Part shown: piece by piece, positions 19,689-29,627 of the stretch
Position numbering within the stretch: the first letter of the stretch is position 1
How the letters are laid out: each line of letters opens with the position of its first letter
Source: Planctomycetota bacterium
GTDB lineage: Bacteria; Planctomycetota; MHYJ01; WSZJ01; JACPWG01
Assembly (NCBI GenBank): GCA_016197205.1
Contig: JACPWG010000100.1
Location: forward strand, 8,250-72,249
DNA: 64,000 nt
Direction of reading: 5' to 3'
The notes under the pieces: model-generated
The model's input: only the letters and a program-made list of their open reading frames with translations
Database searches by the model: none
What the model was told of the DNA's origin: nothing
Translations under genes and position numbers: made by a program

Positions 19689-20879
19689 CTACTTGAACTG
19701 GAACGCGGCGCCGCTCGTGTCCCACCACTCTTTCCAGCGGCGATAGCCTTCCTCCCACTCTTCGGAGCGGGTGGACCAGAGCTTGTAGCCGAAGCTATAG
19801 CCGGTCGCGCTCCGGAGGCCGGAGTAGGCGATCGCCCGCTTGGTCTCCTCGGGGGACTTCAGGTAGCTGATGAGGACCGGGATGCCGTCCTTCGACTTGA
19901 GCAGGACCAGCGCCTCGGCGGTGTAGAACTTGAGGTCGCTGTTGTCGGTCCGCACGCAATCGCGGAGCGCGGGGACGGCCGAGTTGTCGCCGACGCGACC
20001 CAGCACGCGGACGCAGGCGACCTGGAGCTGCGGGTCGACTTCGCGCTTGAGGGCGTCGCTGATGAGGGGGAGGACGTCGCGCGGCTCGAGGGTCGCCAGG
20101 ACGTCGATCGCCGCCGACTGGTAGGTGAAGTCTCGCAGGTAGCCGACGAAGGTCGGCGCCACGAACCTGCTGTAGGGGCGCAACCCGGCGGCGACCGCCT
20201 TGCCGTCCTTGTCCGTCTGGAAGCGCTGCAGCAGTTGGGAGACCTTCTCCTGCGTCGCCGCGTCCGAGATCTGCGGCACCGCGGGTCCGGCGCTCTTGCC
20301 CGCGCCCACAGGAGGGACGGAGCCCCTGGCCGCGCCCGCGCCCGCGCCCGGACCGGCCGCGTCGCCGCCGCCCGTGAGGGCATTGTAGGCGGAGGAGGAC
20401 CCGCCCTTGGCCCCGGGTTCATGGCCGGTCCCGGCGCCGCCGGCGGCTCCCGCCGCGGCGCCGCTCGAGCCCGCGCCCCGCGCGGTCCCGGCCGCGCCCT
20501 TCGGGCTGCCGCCGCCGGCGCCCGCTCCGGCTCCTCGTGCGCCCGGCACGGGGCCCGGCTGCGCCGCGCCTGCGGACGGCCCGGCCTCGCCGTAGCTCCC
20601 CACCGGGTCCTGGCCGGCGGTGGGCACCGACCGCGGATACGTCGTGGGGACCGTCTCCCGGCCGCCCCCCTGCGCCAGCCGGTCGCTCAGCGCCGACACC
20701 TGACGGCGCACATCCTCGATGTCCCGACGGTTCTGCTTCACGCTCTCCTCGATGAGGTCCAGCCGATTGTCCGCCGTTGCCGGCGGCCTCGGCGCGGGTT
20801 CCTCCTTCTTGCCGCCGAACATCGAACAGCCGCACAAGAGGGCCATCCCGAGAAGCGCGATCATTCCCCTTGCGAACAT
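19689..20879 (-). CDS. Lipoprotein: coiled coil, Gly/Ala/Pro linker, HEAT repeats
   Basis: Lipobox LLCGC; VLGRVGD..AVPAL, AEALVLL...GIPVLI HEAT-like units. Confidence 0.8.
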   Translation of the reverse strand: MFARGMIALLGMALLCGCSMFGGKKEEPAPRPPATADNRLDLIEESVKQNRRDIEDVRRQVSALSDRLAQGGGRETVPTTYPRSVPTAGQDPVGSYGEAGPSAGAAQPGPVPGARGAGAGAGGGSPKGAAGTARGAGSSGAAAGAAGGAGTGHEPGAKGGSSSAYNALTGGGDAAGPGAGAGAARGSVPPVGAGKSAGPAVPQISDAATQEKVSQLLQRFQTDKDGKAVAAGLRPYSRFVAPTFVGYLRDFTYQSAAIDVLATLEPRDVLPLISDALKREVDPQLQVACVRVLGRVGDNSAVPALRDCVRTDNSDLKFYTAEALVLLKSKDGIPVLISYLKSPEETKRAIAYSGLRSATGYSFGYKLWSTRSEEWEEGYRRWKEWWDTSGAAFQFK

Positions 20880-20967
20880 GACGACCTCCAACCACCGCTT
20901 GCAGGACAGGCGAATACCGGGTGCCGGCTGCCGGGTGCCCGGACGCGGGCCCCCCCGGATCACGTCG

Positions 20968-21200
20968 AAAATCCCAAATCCCAACTCGGGCGAAGGCCCG
21001 AAACCCAAACGGACGACGAAACCACCAAGCCACCAAGGCACGAAGACCACGAAGGACCGTCACTGAGGGGGGCGAGTTTGGCCCGGCCGAAATGCGCCTT
21101 TGTGGTCTTAGTGACTTCGAGTCTTTGTGGTTTCGTCGCCTGCGAATCTGGATACGCTTTCAAGAAGTTCACAGGTAAGTGTCGAAATCCCAAATCTCAA
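20968..21200. repeat. Mosaic of heptamer (AAATCCC) and inverted 8-9-mer (CACCAAG/CACGAAG..CTTTGTG) repeats
   Basis: Direct reading; purM stop TGA lies in the first heptamer. Confidence 0.7.
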
Positions 21201-22261
21201 TTCCGAAAGCGCACTTCCCGGTCGCCCGCCACCACCTTCCCGAGGACGTAGGCCCGCTCCCCCGCCTTCTCCAGCCGCCGGATCGCGACGTCCACGAAGT
21301 ACGGATCCAGGAGGAGGACCATCCCGATCCCGAGGTTGAAGACGCGGCGCATCTCGGCCTCCTCGATGCCGCCCTGCTCCTGGACCCAGCCGAAGATCGG
21401 GGGCACGGGCCAGCTACCCGTCCTGACGTCCACGGCGCAGCCGGCCGGGAGCACGCGCGGGACGTTTTCGACCATCCCACCGCCCGTGATGTGGGCCATC
21501 GCCTTCACGCACCGGCGCGCATTGTGCGCGCGCGTGGCGTCGCGCAGCGCGCGCGCGTAGATCCGCGTCGGCTTGAGCAGCTCCTCGCCGAGGGTACAGC
21601 CCAGCGCCGGGACCACGGCGTCGAGCTTCACCTTCGACCGCTCCACGACCTTGCGCACGAGCGAGTAGCCGTTCGAGTGGAGCCCCGACGAGCCGATCCC
21701 CACGACCACGTCCCCGGGGACCACGGTCTTTCCGTCCAACAGCCGGCCCTTCTCGACCACGCCCACCGCGAAGCCCGCGAGATCGTACTCGCCGTCCTTG
21801 TAGAAGCCCGGCATCTCCGCCGTCTCCCCGCCGAGGAGCGCGCACCCGGACTGCTCGCACCCGGCCACGATCCCCTTCACCACGTCGAGCAGGACCCCCT
21901 CCTGGGCCTTGCCCGTCGCGATGTAGTCGAGAAAAAAAAGCGGCTCGGCCCCCGTGACCAGCAGGTCGTTCACGTTCATCGCCACCAGGTCGATCCCGAC
22001 CGTGTCGTGCTTGCCCAGCTCGTGCGCGAGGCGCAGCTTCGTCCCGACGCCGTCCGCGCAGCCGACCAGGACCGGGCGGCGGTAGGTCTTCCGGAAGATC
22101 GGGCTCTCGCCGTTCAACGAGAAGAGGCCCGCGAAGCCCCACGGGTTGTCGATGACGCGCGGACCGTACGTGCGCTTCATCATGTGGAGGATCTTGTCGA
22201 CGACGCCGTCCTTGCGGGACTGGTCGACGCCGGAGTCCTGATAGGTCAGGCCCTTCGCCAT
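21197..22261 (-). CDS. purM: Phosphoribosylformylglycinamidine cyclo-ligase
   Basis: DGVGTK, AMNVND, LLGGETAEMPG, SSGLHSNGYSL, HITGGG. Confidence 0.97.
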   Translation of the reverse strand: MAKGLTYQDSGVDQSRKDGVVDKILHMMKRTYGPRVIDNPWGFAGLFSLNGESPIFRKTYRRPVLVGCADGVGTKLRLAHELGKHDTVGIDLVAMNVNDLLVTGAEPLFFLDYIATGKAQEGVLLDVVKGIVAGCEQSGCALLGGETAEMPGFYKDGEYDLAGFAVGVVEKGRLLDGKTVVPGDVVVGIGSSGLHSNGYSLVRKVVERSKVKLDAVVPALGCTLGEELLKPTRIYARALRDATRAHNARRCVKAMAHITGGGMVENVPRVLPAGCAVDVRTGSWPVPPIFGWVQEQGGIEEAEMRRVFNLGIGMVLLLDPYFVDVAIRRLEKAGERAYVLGKVVAGDREVRFRN

Positions 22262-22274
22262 TTCCGGTCAGCTC

Positions 22275-23690
22275 CTAGCCGCAAGACGGCGCGCCGCGTT
22301 CGAAGATTTCCTTCCGCATCCCGGCCTCGACCGGGACGGGGTAGCGCCCGGAATAGCAGGCGGCGCAAAAGCGGTCCGCGGGCTGGCCGGGCGCGGCGCG
22401 CAGCATCCCCTCCAGGCTCAGGTACCCGAGGGAATCGACGCCCAGGTAGTCCCGGATCTGCGGGACGCTCCGCTCGTTCGCGATGAGCTGGCGCGGGTCC
22501 GGGAAGTCGATCCCGTAGAAGCAAGGATGCCGGATCGGCGGGCAGCTCACGCGCAGGTGGACCTCGCGGGCGCCGACCTCGCGCAGGGCCTTCACGCGCG
22601 AGCGCGCGGTGGTCCCGCGGACGATCGAGTCGTCGACGACCACGACGCGCTTCCCCTCGACGACCTCGCGGACGATGTTCAGCTTGATCTCCACCTCCTG
22701 GTCGCGCGCGCCCTGAGTCGGCTGGATGAACGTCCGGCCCACGTAGTGGTTCCGGATGAAGCCCTGCTCGAACGGGATGCCGCTCGTCGACGCGTACCCG
22801 AGCGCGGCGGAGTTGCCGGAATCCGGGACCGCCATCACGAGGTCCGCCTTCGCCGGGTGCTCGCGCGCCAGCTCGGCCCCGAGCCGCATCCGCACGATGT
22901 GCACGGTGTCGCCGAAGACCCGGCTGTCGGGCCGCGCGAAGTAGACGTGCTCGAAGACGCAGAAGCTGGACCGCGCTTCGCCGGCCTCCGTGTACCGCTC
23001 CGAGCGGACGCCGTCCTTCGTCACGTGGAGGATCTCACCCGGCTCGATGTCGCGGACGTAGTTCGCCTTGATCAAGTCGAAGGCGCAGGTCTCCGAGGCG
23101 ACGACGTACGCGCCCCCGAGCCGGCCGAGGCAGAGCGGCCGGAAACCGTTCGGGTCGCGGACGGCGATGAGCTCGCGCGGCGTGAGCAGCAGGAGGGAGA
23201 AGGCCCCGCGCAGGCGGCGAAAGGTCCGCGCCAGGCCGTCCGGCTTCCCCGCGTGGTCCGGGTGGGCGAGGAGGTGGAGGACGATTTCCGAGTCCACGGT
23301 GGTCTGGAAGATGGACCCGTGGGCCTCCAGCTCGCGGCGCAACTCGCCGCTGTTCACGAGGTTGCCGTTGTGGGCGACGGCGATGGGCCCGCCGGCGCAA
23401 TCGGCGACGAGGGGCTGGGCGTTGAGCAGCGTGGAGGCGCCGGTCGTCGAATAGCGCACGTGCCCCATGGCGAGCGGGCCGGCGATGCGTTCGAGAGTGG
23501 CCGGAGAGAACACGTCCGCGACGAGCCCCATGCCCTTGTGGAGCCGGAGCCGCGTCCCCTCGGAGGAGACGATCCCCGCGCTCTCCTGCCCGCGGTGCTG
23601 GAGAGAGTAGAGGCCGTAGTAGGTCTTGAGGACCGCGGCGGCGTCCCCGACGATCCCGAAGAGGCCGCACGCCTCGCGCGCTTCCCTCAT
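22275..23690 (-). CDS. purF: Amidophosphoribosyltransferase (Fe-S type, short propeptide)
   Basis: MREAREA-CGLFG, LQHRGQESAG, GHVRYST, HNGNL, VDDSIVRGTT, CFYGID, CAAC. Confidence 0.97.
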   Translation of the reverse strand: MREAREACGLFGIVGDAAAVLKTYYGLYSLQHRGQESAGIVSSEGTRLRLHKGMGLVADVFSPATLERIAGPLAMGHVRYSTTGASTLLNAQPLVADCAGGPIAVAHNGNLVNSGELRRELEAHGSIFQTTVDSEIVLHLLAHPDHAGKPDGLARTFRRLRGAFSLLLLTPRELIAVRDPNGFRPLCLGRLGGAYVVASETCAFDLIKANYVRDIEPGEILHVTKDGVRSERYTEAGEARSSFCVFEHVYFARPDSRVFGDTVHIVRMRLGAELAREHPAKADLVMAVPDSGNSAALGYASTSGIPFEQGFIRNHYVGRTFIQPTQGARDQEVEIKLNIVREVVEGKRVVVVDDSIVRGTTARSRVKALREVGAREVHLRVSCPPIRHPCFYGIDFPDPRQLIANERSVPQIRDYLGVDSLGYLSLEGMLRAAPGQPADRFCAACYSGRYPVPVEAGMRKEIFERGAPSCG

Positions 23691-24205
23691 CGCGCCTTCA
23701 TCTCCTCCAGGGCCGTCGAAATCTCCCAGCGCCACTTCTTCGTCTCGTCGAGGGCCAGCGAGCGCTTGTAGCAGCGGCGGGCCCGCCAGCGCTTTCCCTC
23801 CCCCTGGTAGACCATGCCGAGGTAGAAGTGCGCGGTCGGGTCGTCCCGGTCCAGCCGCAGGACGCGCTTCAGACGCCGGCGCGCGCCCTCGAGGTCGTTG
23901 CGGACGTAGGCGGCGAGCGCTTCGAGGAAGAGGTGTTTCTTGCGCGTGACGACGCCGGCGCGCTCGCGCCAGTACACGAGCCGCATGGCGTCGAGCATGG
24001 AGTAGAGCCACACGAGGGCGGCGGCCGCGAAGAGGCCCGGCCGCTCGACCGGGGGCGGCCCCCCTTGCCAGAGGACGGGGGCGACGACCCAGAAATTCAC
24101 GAGCACCGCGAACACGGTGAAGAGCACCAGGCCGCGGCGGCAGCGCCCGAGGAGGATGTGGCCGAGCCCCGGCAGTACCGAGAGGAGGACCGCGAAGACC
24201 TTCAT
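23687..24205 (-). CDS. Membrane protein with C-terminal TPR
   Basis: LPGLGH TM hairpin; TPR AHFYLGMVY; stop overlaps purF ATG. Confidence 0.8.
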   Translation of the reverse strand: MKVFAVLLSVLPGLGHILLGRCRRGLVLFTVFAVLVNFWVVAPVLWQGGPPPVERPGLFAAAALVWLYSMLDAMRLVYWRERAGVVTRKKHLFLEALAAYVRNDLEGARRRLKRVLRLDRDDPTAHFYLGMVYQGEGKRWRARRCYKRSLALDETKKWRWEISTALEEMKAR

Positions 24206-24285
24206 GGGCGCTGCGACCGAGGGGAGAGAAGGACGGGGGACGAACCGCGAAGTACGCCAAGTACGCGAAATTCGGAGAGAGGGAG

Positions 24286-24313
24286 AGTATAGGACGGCCG
24301 GGCGGAAATGCAA
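24286..24313 (-). promoter_or_regulatory. Sigma70 promoter of TPR-purF-purM operon
   Basis: TTGCAT-N16-TATACT. Confidence 0.65.
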
Positions 24314-24350
24314 CCGAATTCCGGGCCGCGGGGGCGGACCTCGCGGCTCA

Positions 24351-24632
24351 GGGCCCGTAAAGAAACAACAACCCGAACTGAGGCTAAACTCGACCGACGG
24401 CGGCAAATGGCTAGATCATGGCTCCGCGTCCCAGCTAGACACGGGCGAAATTTGAGATTTGAAATTTGACTTTTTGCAATTTGAAATTCGACCCGGCCGC
24501 GTGGGGCGAATGCGAGACTTTTGCACAGAGACGCGGAGACGCAGAGGCCGGGCGCCGAGTCCACCGTCCGCTACCGGCGATGATCTCTGGCAACGCACGG
24601 AGAGATCGGTCTTAGCTTCACTTCGGCTTGTT
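24351..24632. mobile_element. Repeat element starting with GGGCCCGTAAAGAAACAAC end, with heptamer (ATTTGAA/G) and octamer (GAGACGCG/A) core
   Basis: Near-identical copy at 51023-51227; reverse partial copy at 40535-40690. Confidence 0.85.
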
Positions 24633-24700
24633 GTAAAGACACCCGTCAGGCACTCACGCCAGTCCGTGCAGGCCGGAAGGCCTGCACCCCAAGGGCCTCT

Positions 24701-25048
24701 CCCCAGCCCTTTCAAGGTGGTGTCGTCACGCTTCCGCCCGCCGCAAGCAGATGGTTCACTTGATCGTGCGGCTTGAGTCCGCTTTATGGTGCAGGGCTTC
24801 CGCCCTGCACCCGCACTCGCACGGAACCTCCGAAGCACTTCCCCCGTTCCCGTCGAGCCGCCCCCGCACCCAACGGCCTGCGTCATTTCCACCCGGGTTG
24901 TCCCGTCGGTGCAGGGCGGAAGCCCTGCACCACAAGGTCTCGTGGCCGAAGGAGGAAAGCACTGGAAGCTCGCCCATTTCCGCGCACGGGCGGTTGAGGC
25001 TCCGTTTTGCGAAGATCAACTCGTTCGCCCACCTTGAAAGGGCTGGGG
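24701..25048. mobile_element. MITE with perfect 20-bp TIR CCCCAGCCCTTTCAAGGTGG enclosing an inverted REP pair
   Basis: TIRs 24701-24720 and 25029-25048; REPs 24788-24811 and 24908-24931. Confidence 0.85.
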
Positions 25049-25100
25049 CCTTTTCCCTCCGACGAAGGTGCCGAGCCCGGGGTTGTTCCTGTACGGGCCC

Positions 25101-25448
25101 TCACCCGGGCCGGACCGAGAGGAACTGCACGACGAGGTGGTGCACCAGGTAGAAGGGGACGGCGAGGATGCCGGGGAACCAGAGGCAGGTCAGGAGGGTG
25201 AGCACCACCTTCTCGCAGCGGGAGAAGTGGGGGCTCTTCCACAGCCAGGGAAGGCCGAACTCGAAGGCGACCAGGAAGAGCAGGAGGTAGACGCCCTTCC
25301 GGTCCTGCCAGGCGGGTTCGCGGAGCTTGAAGGCGGCGCCGCAGCTCGGGCAACGGATGCTTCCGGTCGGAAGCTCGTGCTTGCAGGAGGGGCAGCGCCA
25401 GCGGGCGCCGGAGGGCGGGTCGAGGGGCCGGCTCGCGGTGTCAGACAC
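25101..25448 (-). CDS. Zinc-ribbon (CPSC..CPSC) membrane protein
   Basis: Two CxxC plus 2 TM; GTG start overlaps upstream stop. Confidence 0.7.
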   Translation of the reverse strand: MSDTASRPLDPPSGARWRCPSCKHELPTGSIRCPSCGAAFKLREPAWQDRKGVYLLLFLVAFEFGLPWLWKSPHFSRCEKVVLTLLTCLWFPGILAVPFYLVHHLVVQFLSVRPG

Positions 25449-26145
25449 GGCCGACGGCCGGACCCGGCGCCAGCACGGCCTCGTCCTTGACGAGGTGGTG
25501 CGTGCCCACCCGGGCAAACGAGAACTGTGAGAGCAACTCCGCGAGGCTCTCCATGCCCCCCTTGAGCGCCGAATCGCTGTGCGCGCTGCCGCCGAACACG
25601 ACGACCAGGATCCGCCGCGCGTGGGAGCCCACGGTCGTCCGCGCCGAATCGGCGAGCATGGAGCCGAAGGCGCCCGGCGTGTCGGAAAGCACGGGCACCC
25701 CCGCCGCGTCGAACTTGTCCCGGGCGGCCGTGTCGAACTTCTCGTTCTCGCGCCCCAGGCGCAGCTCCACGTCGCCGCGAATCCGGGCCAGGTCGTAGCA
25801 GGAGACCGGCAGCATCGTCTCGAGCGACACGAGATTGGCGGCATCCACCACGGAGTTCACTTGCAGGACCGGCAGGCTCTTGAGCGTCTTTCGCAACAGC
25901 AGTTCCGAGGAGGTCCGGTGCCGTTCCGGGTCGAGCCCGACCGCCTTCACGAACTTTTTCACCTTGAGCAGGTCGCCGTTTTCGAGCGGGTTCTTCGTCC
26001 GTGCCGTCTCCCGGACGGACCGGGAGAGGATCTGGAACCTTCCCCAGAGGATTTCCTGGCGGCGCAGCACGCGGACCTCTTCCGCGAGGAAGACGCCGAG
26101 TCGCGCCGACGAACGCAAGTCAGGGTGAATGTGGATCTTCATCAT
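25441..26145 (-). CDS. B3/B4 (PheRS beta editing-like) domain protein
   Basis: GLDP...R.SSE.LLR, VNSVVDAANLVSL...PV..YDL, LRLGR..E, DSART. Confidence 0.85.
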   Translation of the reverse strand: MMKIHIHPDLRSSARLGVFLAEEVRVLRRQEILWGRFQILSRSVRETARTKNPLENGDLLKVKKFVKAVGLDPERHRTSSELLLRKTLKSLPVLQVNSVVDAANLVSLETMLPVSCYDLARIRGDVELRLGRENEKFDTAARDKFDAAGVPVLSDTPGAFGSMLADSARTTVGSHARRILVVVFGGSAHSDSALKGGMESLAELLSQFSFARVGTHHLVKDEAVLAPGPAVGRV

Positions 26146-26427
26146 GAGTCCCCGGCAGGATAGGGCACGTCAAGGCACAAGTCAGGCACAGCAAGCCAGT
26201 CGGCGCAGTCCGAAAGGCCGGCACCCCAGGGGCGACCTCGCTCCGGTGGAAGAGCCCGTCCTCAAGCCGTTCCTTGGCGGCCCCTTAGTACCGCCCCACG
26301 CAATTGGGTGACCAATTTTCTCGGCGATTTTGGCCGCCCGCGTCGTTGCGCTCGCTTGCCGTAGTTCTCCGTTACTACGCCTCGCTCGCGCGCCTAGCGG
26401 GCTGCCGAACTTGCCTTCGCCTATTGG

Positions 26428-27069
26428 TCACCGACTTCCGTGGAGCGGTACGTAGTCGCGAGGAGCCTGGACCACCCGCTCCCCCAACAAGCGGGTGTGT
26501 CCGATCACTCCGTTCAACGCATCGAGGATGTCCAGGAATACCGCGGCGGCCTCCGGCCGGCAATGACCGCTCAGGAGGCGATCCTCGTGGTCGAGCGCGA
26601 ACTTCTCGATCGACACCCGAAGCGTTCCGCCCGTGTCCTGGATGTATTTGGCCAGGACGGTATTCCTCGTGAGCAGGGTGTCCTTCGCGCAGCGCAGCAG
26701 ATACTGGGCGCTCTCGAAAAGGAACCCCAGTTCGTGGTTCGCCTGGTCGCTGAAGGGCACCCGGTCCCGCATCTTCGACTCGACGCAGTGGAGCGCCACG
26801 TCCAGCTCGCCGCCGATGCGGCCCAGATGGCCGACCGCGGCCACCAGTACCTTCAGGCTCGGTCGTGCCTCGGGGGTGGTCTTTGCCCGCTCCGCCAGCG
26901 CCCCGATCAGGTCCCGTTCGTCGTTCCGCACCACCGCCCCCATCTTCTCCGACATCTCCCCCAGCTCCACCTTCTCGTGCCGCAAGGCCTCGAAGGTGAG
27001 CTGAAGCATTTCCTCCGCGTGCTTCGCCATCAGACAAACGCGATTGTCGAGCTCGCGGAAGCCGTCCAT
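26428..27069 (-). CDS. PhoU-like helical domain protein
   Basis: Two helical repeats; HLGRIG, FSDQA..EL, HEDRL..G.C (as in Na/Pi cotransporter C-terminus). Confidence 0.7.
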   Translation of the reverse strand: MDGFRELDNRVCLMAKHAEEMLQLTFEALRHEKVELGEMSEKMGAVVRNDERDLIGALAERAKTTPEARPSLKVLVAAVGHLGRIGGELDVALHCVESKMRDRVPFSDQANHELGFLFESAQYLLRCAKDTLLTRNTVLAKYIQDTGGTLRVSIEKFALDHEDRLLSGHCRPEAAAVFLDILDALNGVIGHTRLLGERVVQAPRDYVPLHGSR

Positions 27070-27101
27070 GCTCCGGGAATCCTCCCACCGCCGCGCCTGG
27101 C

Positions 27102-28325
27102 TCAGCGCTCGAGCGGACCGGGGACCATCCCCGCCGACTCGTCCGTCCGGGGCGGCGCTTCCGCCCGCCAGAGCCGCTCCGCCGGCACGTGCTCGTAGGG
27201 CCCGAGCGAAGCCAACGGCGAGGCGAAGGACACCCACAGGTCGCGCTGCACGGGCCGGAAGAGCATCGCCTGCAGATTGATGAGCCGCAGCCCGACGCTC
27301 CCGAGCACGGCCTTCGCCCCCTCCACGTCCAGCTTCCCATAGCGTCCGCGCAGCTCCCGCTCAAGGATCGGATACCGCCAGCAGGTCGTCTTCGCCAGCG
27401 ACTCCCCGATCCGGAAATGGTTCGTCGAGTAGATCGCGTCCTCCACGGGCCGGCGGACGTTGCACACCTCGGCCGAGAATTCGACGAGCGCCGCCGAGGG
27501 TCGCGCATCGCAGAGCATGAGGTTGTTGCCCACCGTCCGCCGCGCAACTTGCATCCGCGCGATCGCTTCGTCCGTCGTCCGCGCGTTTTCCAGGATCTCC
27601 CGGAAAAGCAGAGTGTAGGGCGTCCCCTTCGGCGTCTCCTTTTCCATGAAGACGTTCATCACGGCGAGCGACAGACCGTCCTCGTTCATGCCCGAGAGCA
27701 CGCCGGACAGCCCCGGCCAGCCGACCGACACGAAGGCCTTCTTCCCGGTCGGGTGGTACACGGTCACGAGTCCATGGTCGCCGGCAATGCCGAGCGAGGG
27801 GAAGTCGAGGTTGCGGCCGAAGAGGACGTCGCCGTCGCGCGTGGCCGGGCCGTAGGCCACGAACGTGCTGCAGAGAGGGGAGCGCTTCAGATCGAGGAAG
27901 CAATTGCCGAGCAGCATCTCTTCGAAGCGCATCCCCGCGCCTTCGGCGACGCCGCGGATTTCCTCGAGGCTGTCGGCGGGAAGGAAGGGGACCATCTCGA
28001 GGGCCTTCGCCTGGAGGGCCTTGCGTTCCGAGGCGAAAGGGACGAAGCGGCCGAGGTAATCATTGTAGAGGAGGCGGATCTCCGCGCCCAGCACGCGTCC
28101 GACCTCGCGTCCCATCTCGCGGGGCGCGCCCCACACGTGGAGGAGGCGGGTCTTTCCGATCGTCGAGAAGGTCGAGCGCGCGACGAATGCGCCCGGGGCC
28201 TGGGCCGCGGCGGCGGACTCCGGGGGCGCAGCGGGCGCGGGCGGTGCGGCTGTCAGTAGCCAGGCCGCGAGAAGGCCGGCCCCCAGGAACAGGGTGAAGT
28301 AAGAGCGGCACGCGGAACGGTTCAT
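27102..28325 (-). CDS. Exported C45-family Ntn-hydrolase (acyltransferase/peptidase)
   Basis: Signal peptide; G.P.EMG; L-CSTF nucleophile; GRNLDF; SGMNEDG; TNHF. Confidence 0.88.
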   Translation of the reverse strand: MNRSACRSYFTLFLGAGLLAAWLLTAAPPAPAAPPESAAAAQAPGAFVARSTFSTIGKTRLLHVWGAPREMGREVGRVLGAEIRLLYNDYLGRFVPFASERKALQAKALEMVPFLPADSLEEIRGVAEGAGMRFEEMLLGNCFLDLKRSPLCSTFVAYGPATRDGDVLFGRNLDFPSLGIAGDHGLVTVYHPTGKKAFVSVGWPGLSGVLSGMNEDGLSLAVMNVFMEKETPKGTPYTLLFREILENARTTDEAIARMQVARRTVGNNLMLCDARPSAALVEFSAEVCNVRRPVEDAIYSTNHFRIGESLAKTTCWRYPILERELRGRYGKLDVEGAKAVLGSVGLRLINLQAMLFRPVQRDLWVSFASPLASLGPYEHVPAERLWRAEAPPRTDESAGMVPGPLER

Positions 28326-28599
28326 GAGCACTCGTGAAGGTGTCGGCCAGACGAGGTGTGAGCGAAGACGCTTCGCGTTTCGCTGCTGGAGACGGAGGGC
28401 ATTCTAGTGGAGCGCCGGGCGGATTCCAAGAGAAATCTTTGGTCCCGAAAGCCACGGACCGGCGAGGACGCCCGTCTCCTCTCGCCGAATTCTTTCCGTC
28501 CGGGAAAGGACTCGGCGCGAAGAGACCGCCCACTCCCCGGGTGACGGGGGAGGATTGGGGGAGGGAACCCCTGGGCGCGGCGCCCGCGTTCGATTTTGG

Positions 28600-28627
28600 T
28601 TGCGGCTCCGGCGCGTTGGGGTATACT
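28600..28627 (+). promoter_or_regulatory. Sigma70 promoter of ribH-nusB-ftsY
   Basis: TTGCGG-N16-TATACT. Confidence 0.55.
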
Positions 28628-28713
28628 CCCACGTCTTTCCCACCTCCCGGCGCACGCGGCCCGTCCTTGCCCGGCGGCGCCGCAAGCACGCGCCGAACCT
28701 GGAGAGTCACACC

Positions 28714-29196
28714 ATGGGACGCGAATTCCAGGGAAACCTCATCGGCACCAAGCGGAGGTTCGCCCTCGTCGTCGCGCGGTTCAACGACTTCATCACGGGC
28801 CGCCTCCTCGAAGGAGCGCGCGACGGCCTGCGGCGGCGCGGCGTGGACGACGACGACGTGGACGTGATCTGGGTGCCGGGCTCTTTCGAGCTGCCCGTGA
28901 CCGCCCTCCGCGTCGCGCGCACCGGCCGCTATGACGCCCTCATCTGCCTCGGCGCGATCATCCGCGGCGACACGCCGCACTTCGACCTCGTCGCCGCGGA
29001 GGCGTCGAAGGGCATCGCCATGGTGTCGGTCGAGACCGGGGTCCCGACGATCTTCGGCGTCGTGACCGCGGACACGCTCGAGCAGGCGATCGAGCGGGCC
29101 GGGACGAAGCAGGGGAACAAGGGGGCGGCGGCCGCGGAGTCCGCCATCGAGATGGCCGACCTCTTTTCGAAGCTCCCCGGAAAGGGCTCGCGGTGA
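28714..29196 (+). CDS. ribH: 6,7-dimethyl-8-ribityllumazine synthase
   Basis: [36 protein letters not shown]. Confidence 0.97.
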   Translation: MGREFQGNLIGTKRRFALVVARFNDFITGRLLEGARDGLRRRGVDDDDVDVIWVPGSFELPVTALRVARTGRYDALICLGAIIRGDTPHFDLVAAEASKGIAMVSVETGVPTIFGVVTADTLEQAIERAGTKQGNKGAAAAESAIEMADLFSKLPGKGSR

Positions 29197-29627
29197 GGAA
29201 GAGGACCCAGGCCCGGGAGCTGGCCCTCCAGCTCCTCTACGAGTCGGACGTCCGCGGTTTCGAGCCGACCGGCGACCCGGCCGAGTACCTCACGGAACAG
29301 ACCTCCGACCAGGAGGTACGGGCCTTCGCGGGCGAGATCGTGCTCGGCGCGCTCGAACATCGGTCGACGCTGGACGGACAGATCCGCGAGGTGGCCGCGA
29401 ACTGGGACATCGCCCGGATGGCCGTCGTGGACCGGAACATCCTCCGGATGGCGGTCTTCGAGATGACCCTGCGCGAGGACACGCCCGCCCCCGTGATCAT
29501 CAACGAGGCGATCGAGCTGGCGAAAAAGTACGGAGCGAAGGAGTCCGGGGGGTTCGTGAACGGGATCCTGGACAAGATCCGGGAACGCTGGGAGCGCCGA
29601 TGTTCAAAGGAGTCCTTGAAAAGCTGA
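29193..29627 (+). CDS. nusB: Transcription antitermination factor
   Basis: [38 protein letters not shown]. Confidence 0.97.
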   Translation: MRKRTQARELALQLLYESDVRGFEPTGDPAEYLTEQTSDQEVRAFAGEIVLGALEHRSTLDGQIREVAANWDIARMAVVDRNILRMAVFEMTLREDTPAPVIINEAIELAKKYGAKESGGFVNGILDKIRERWERRCSKESLKS

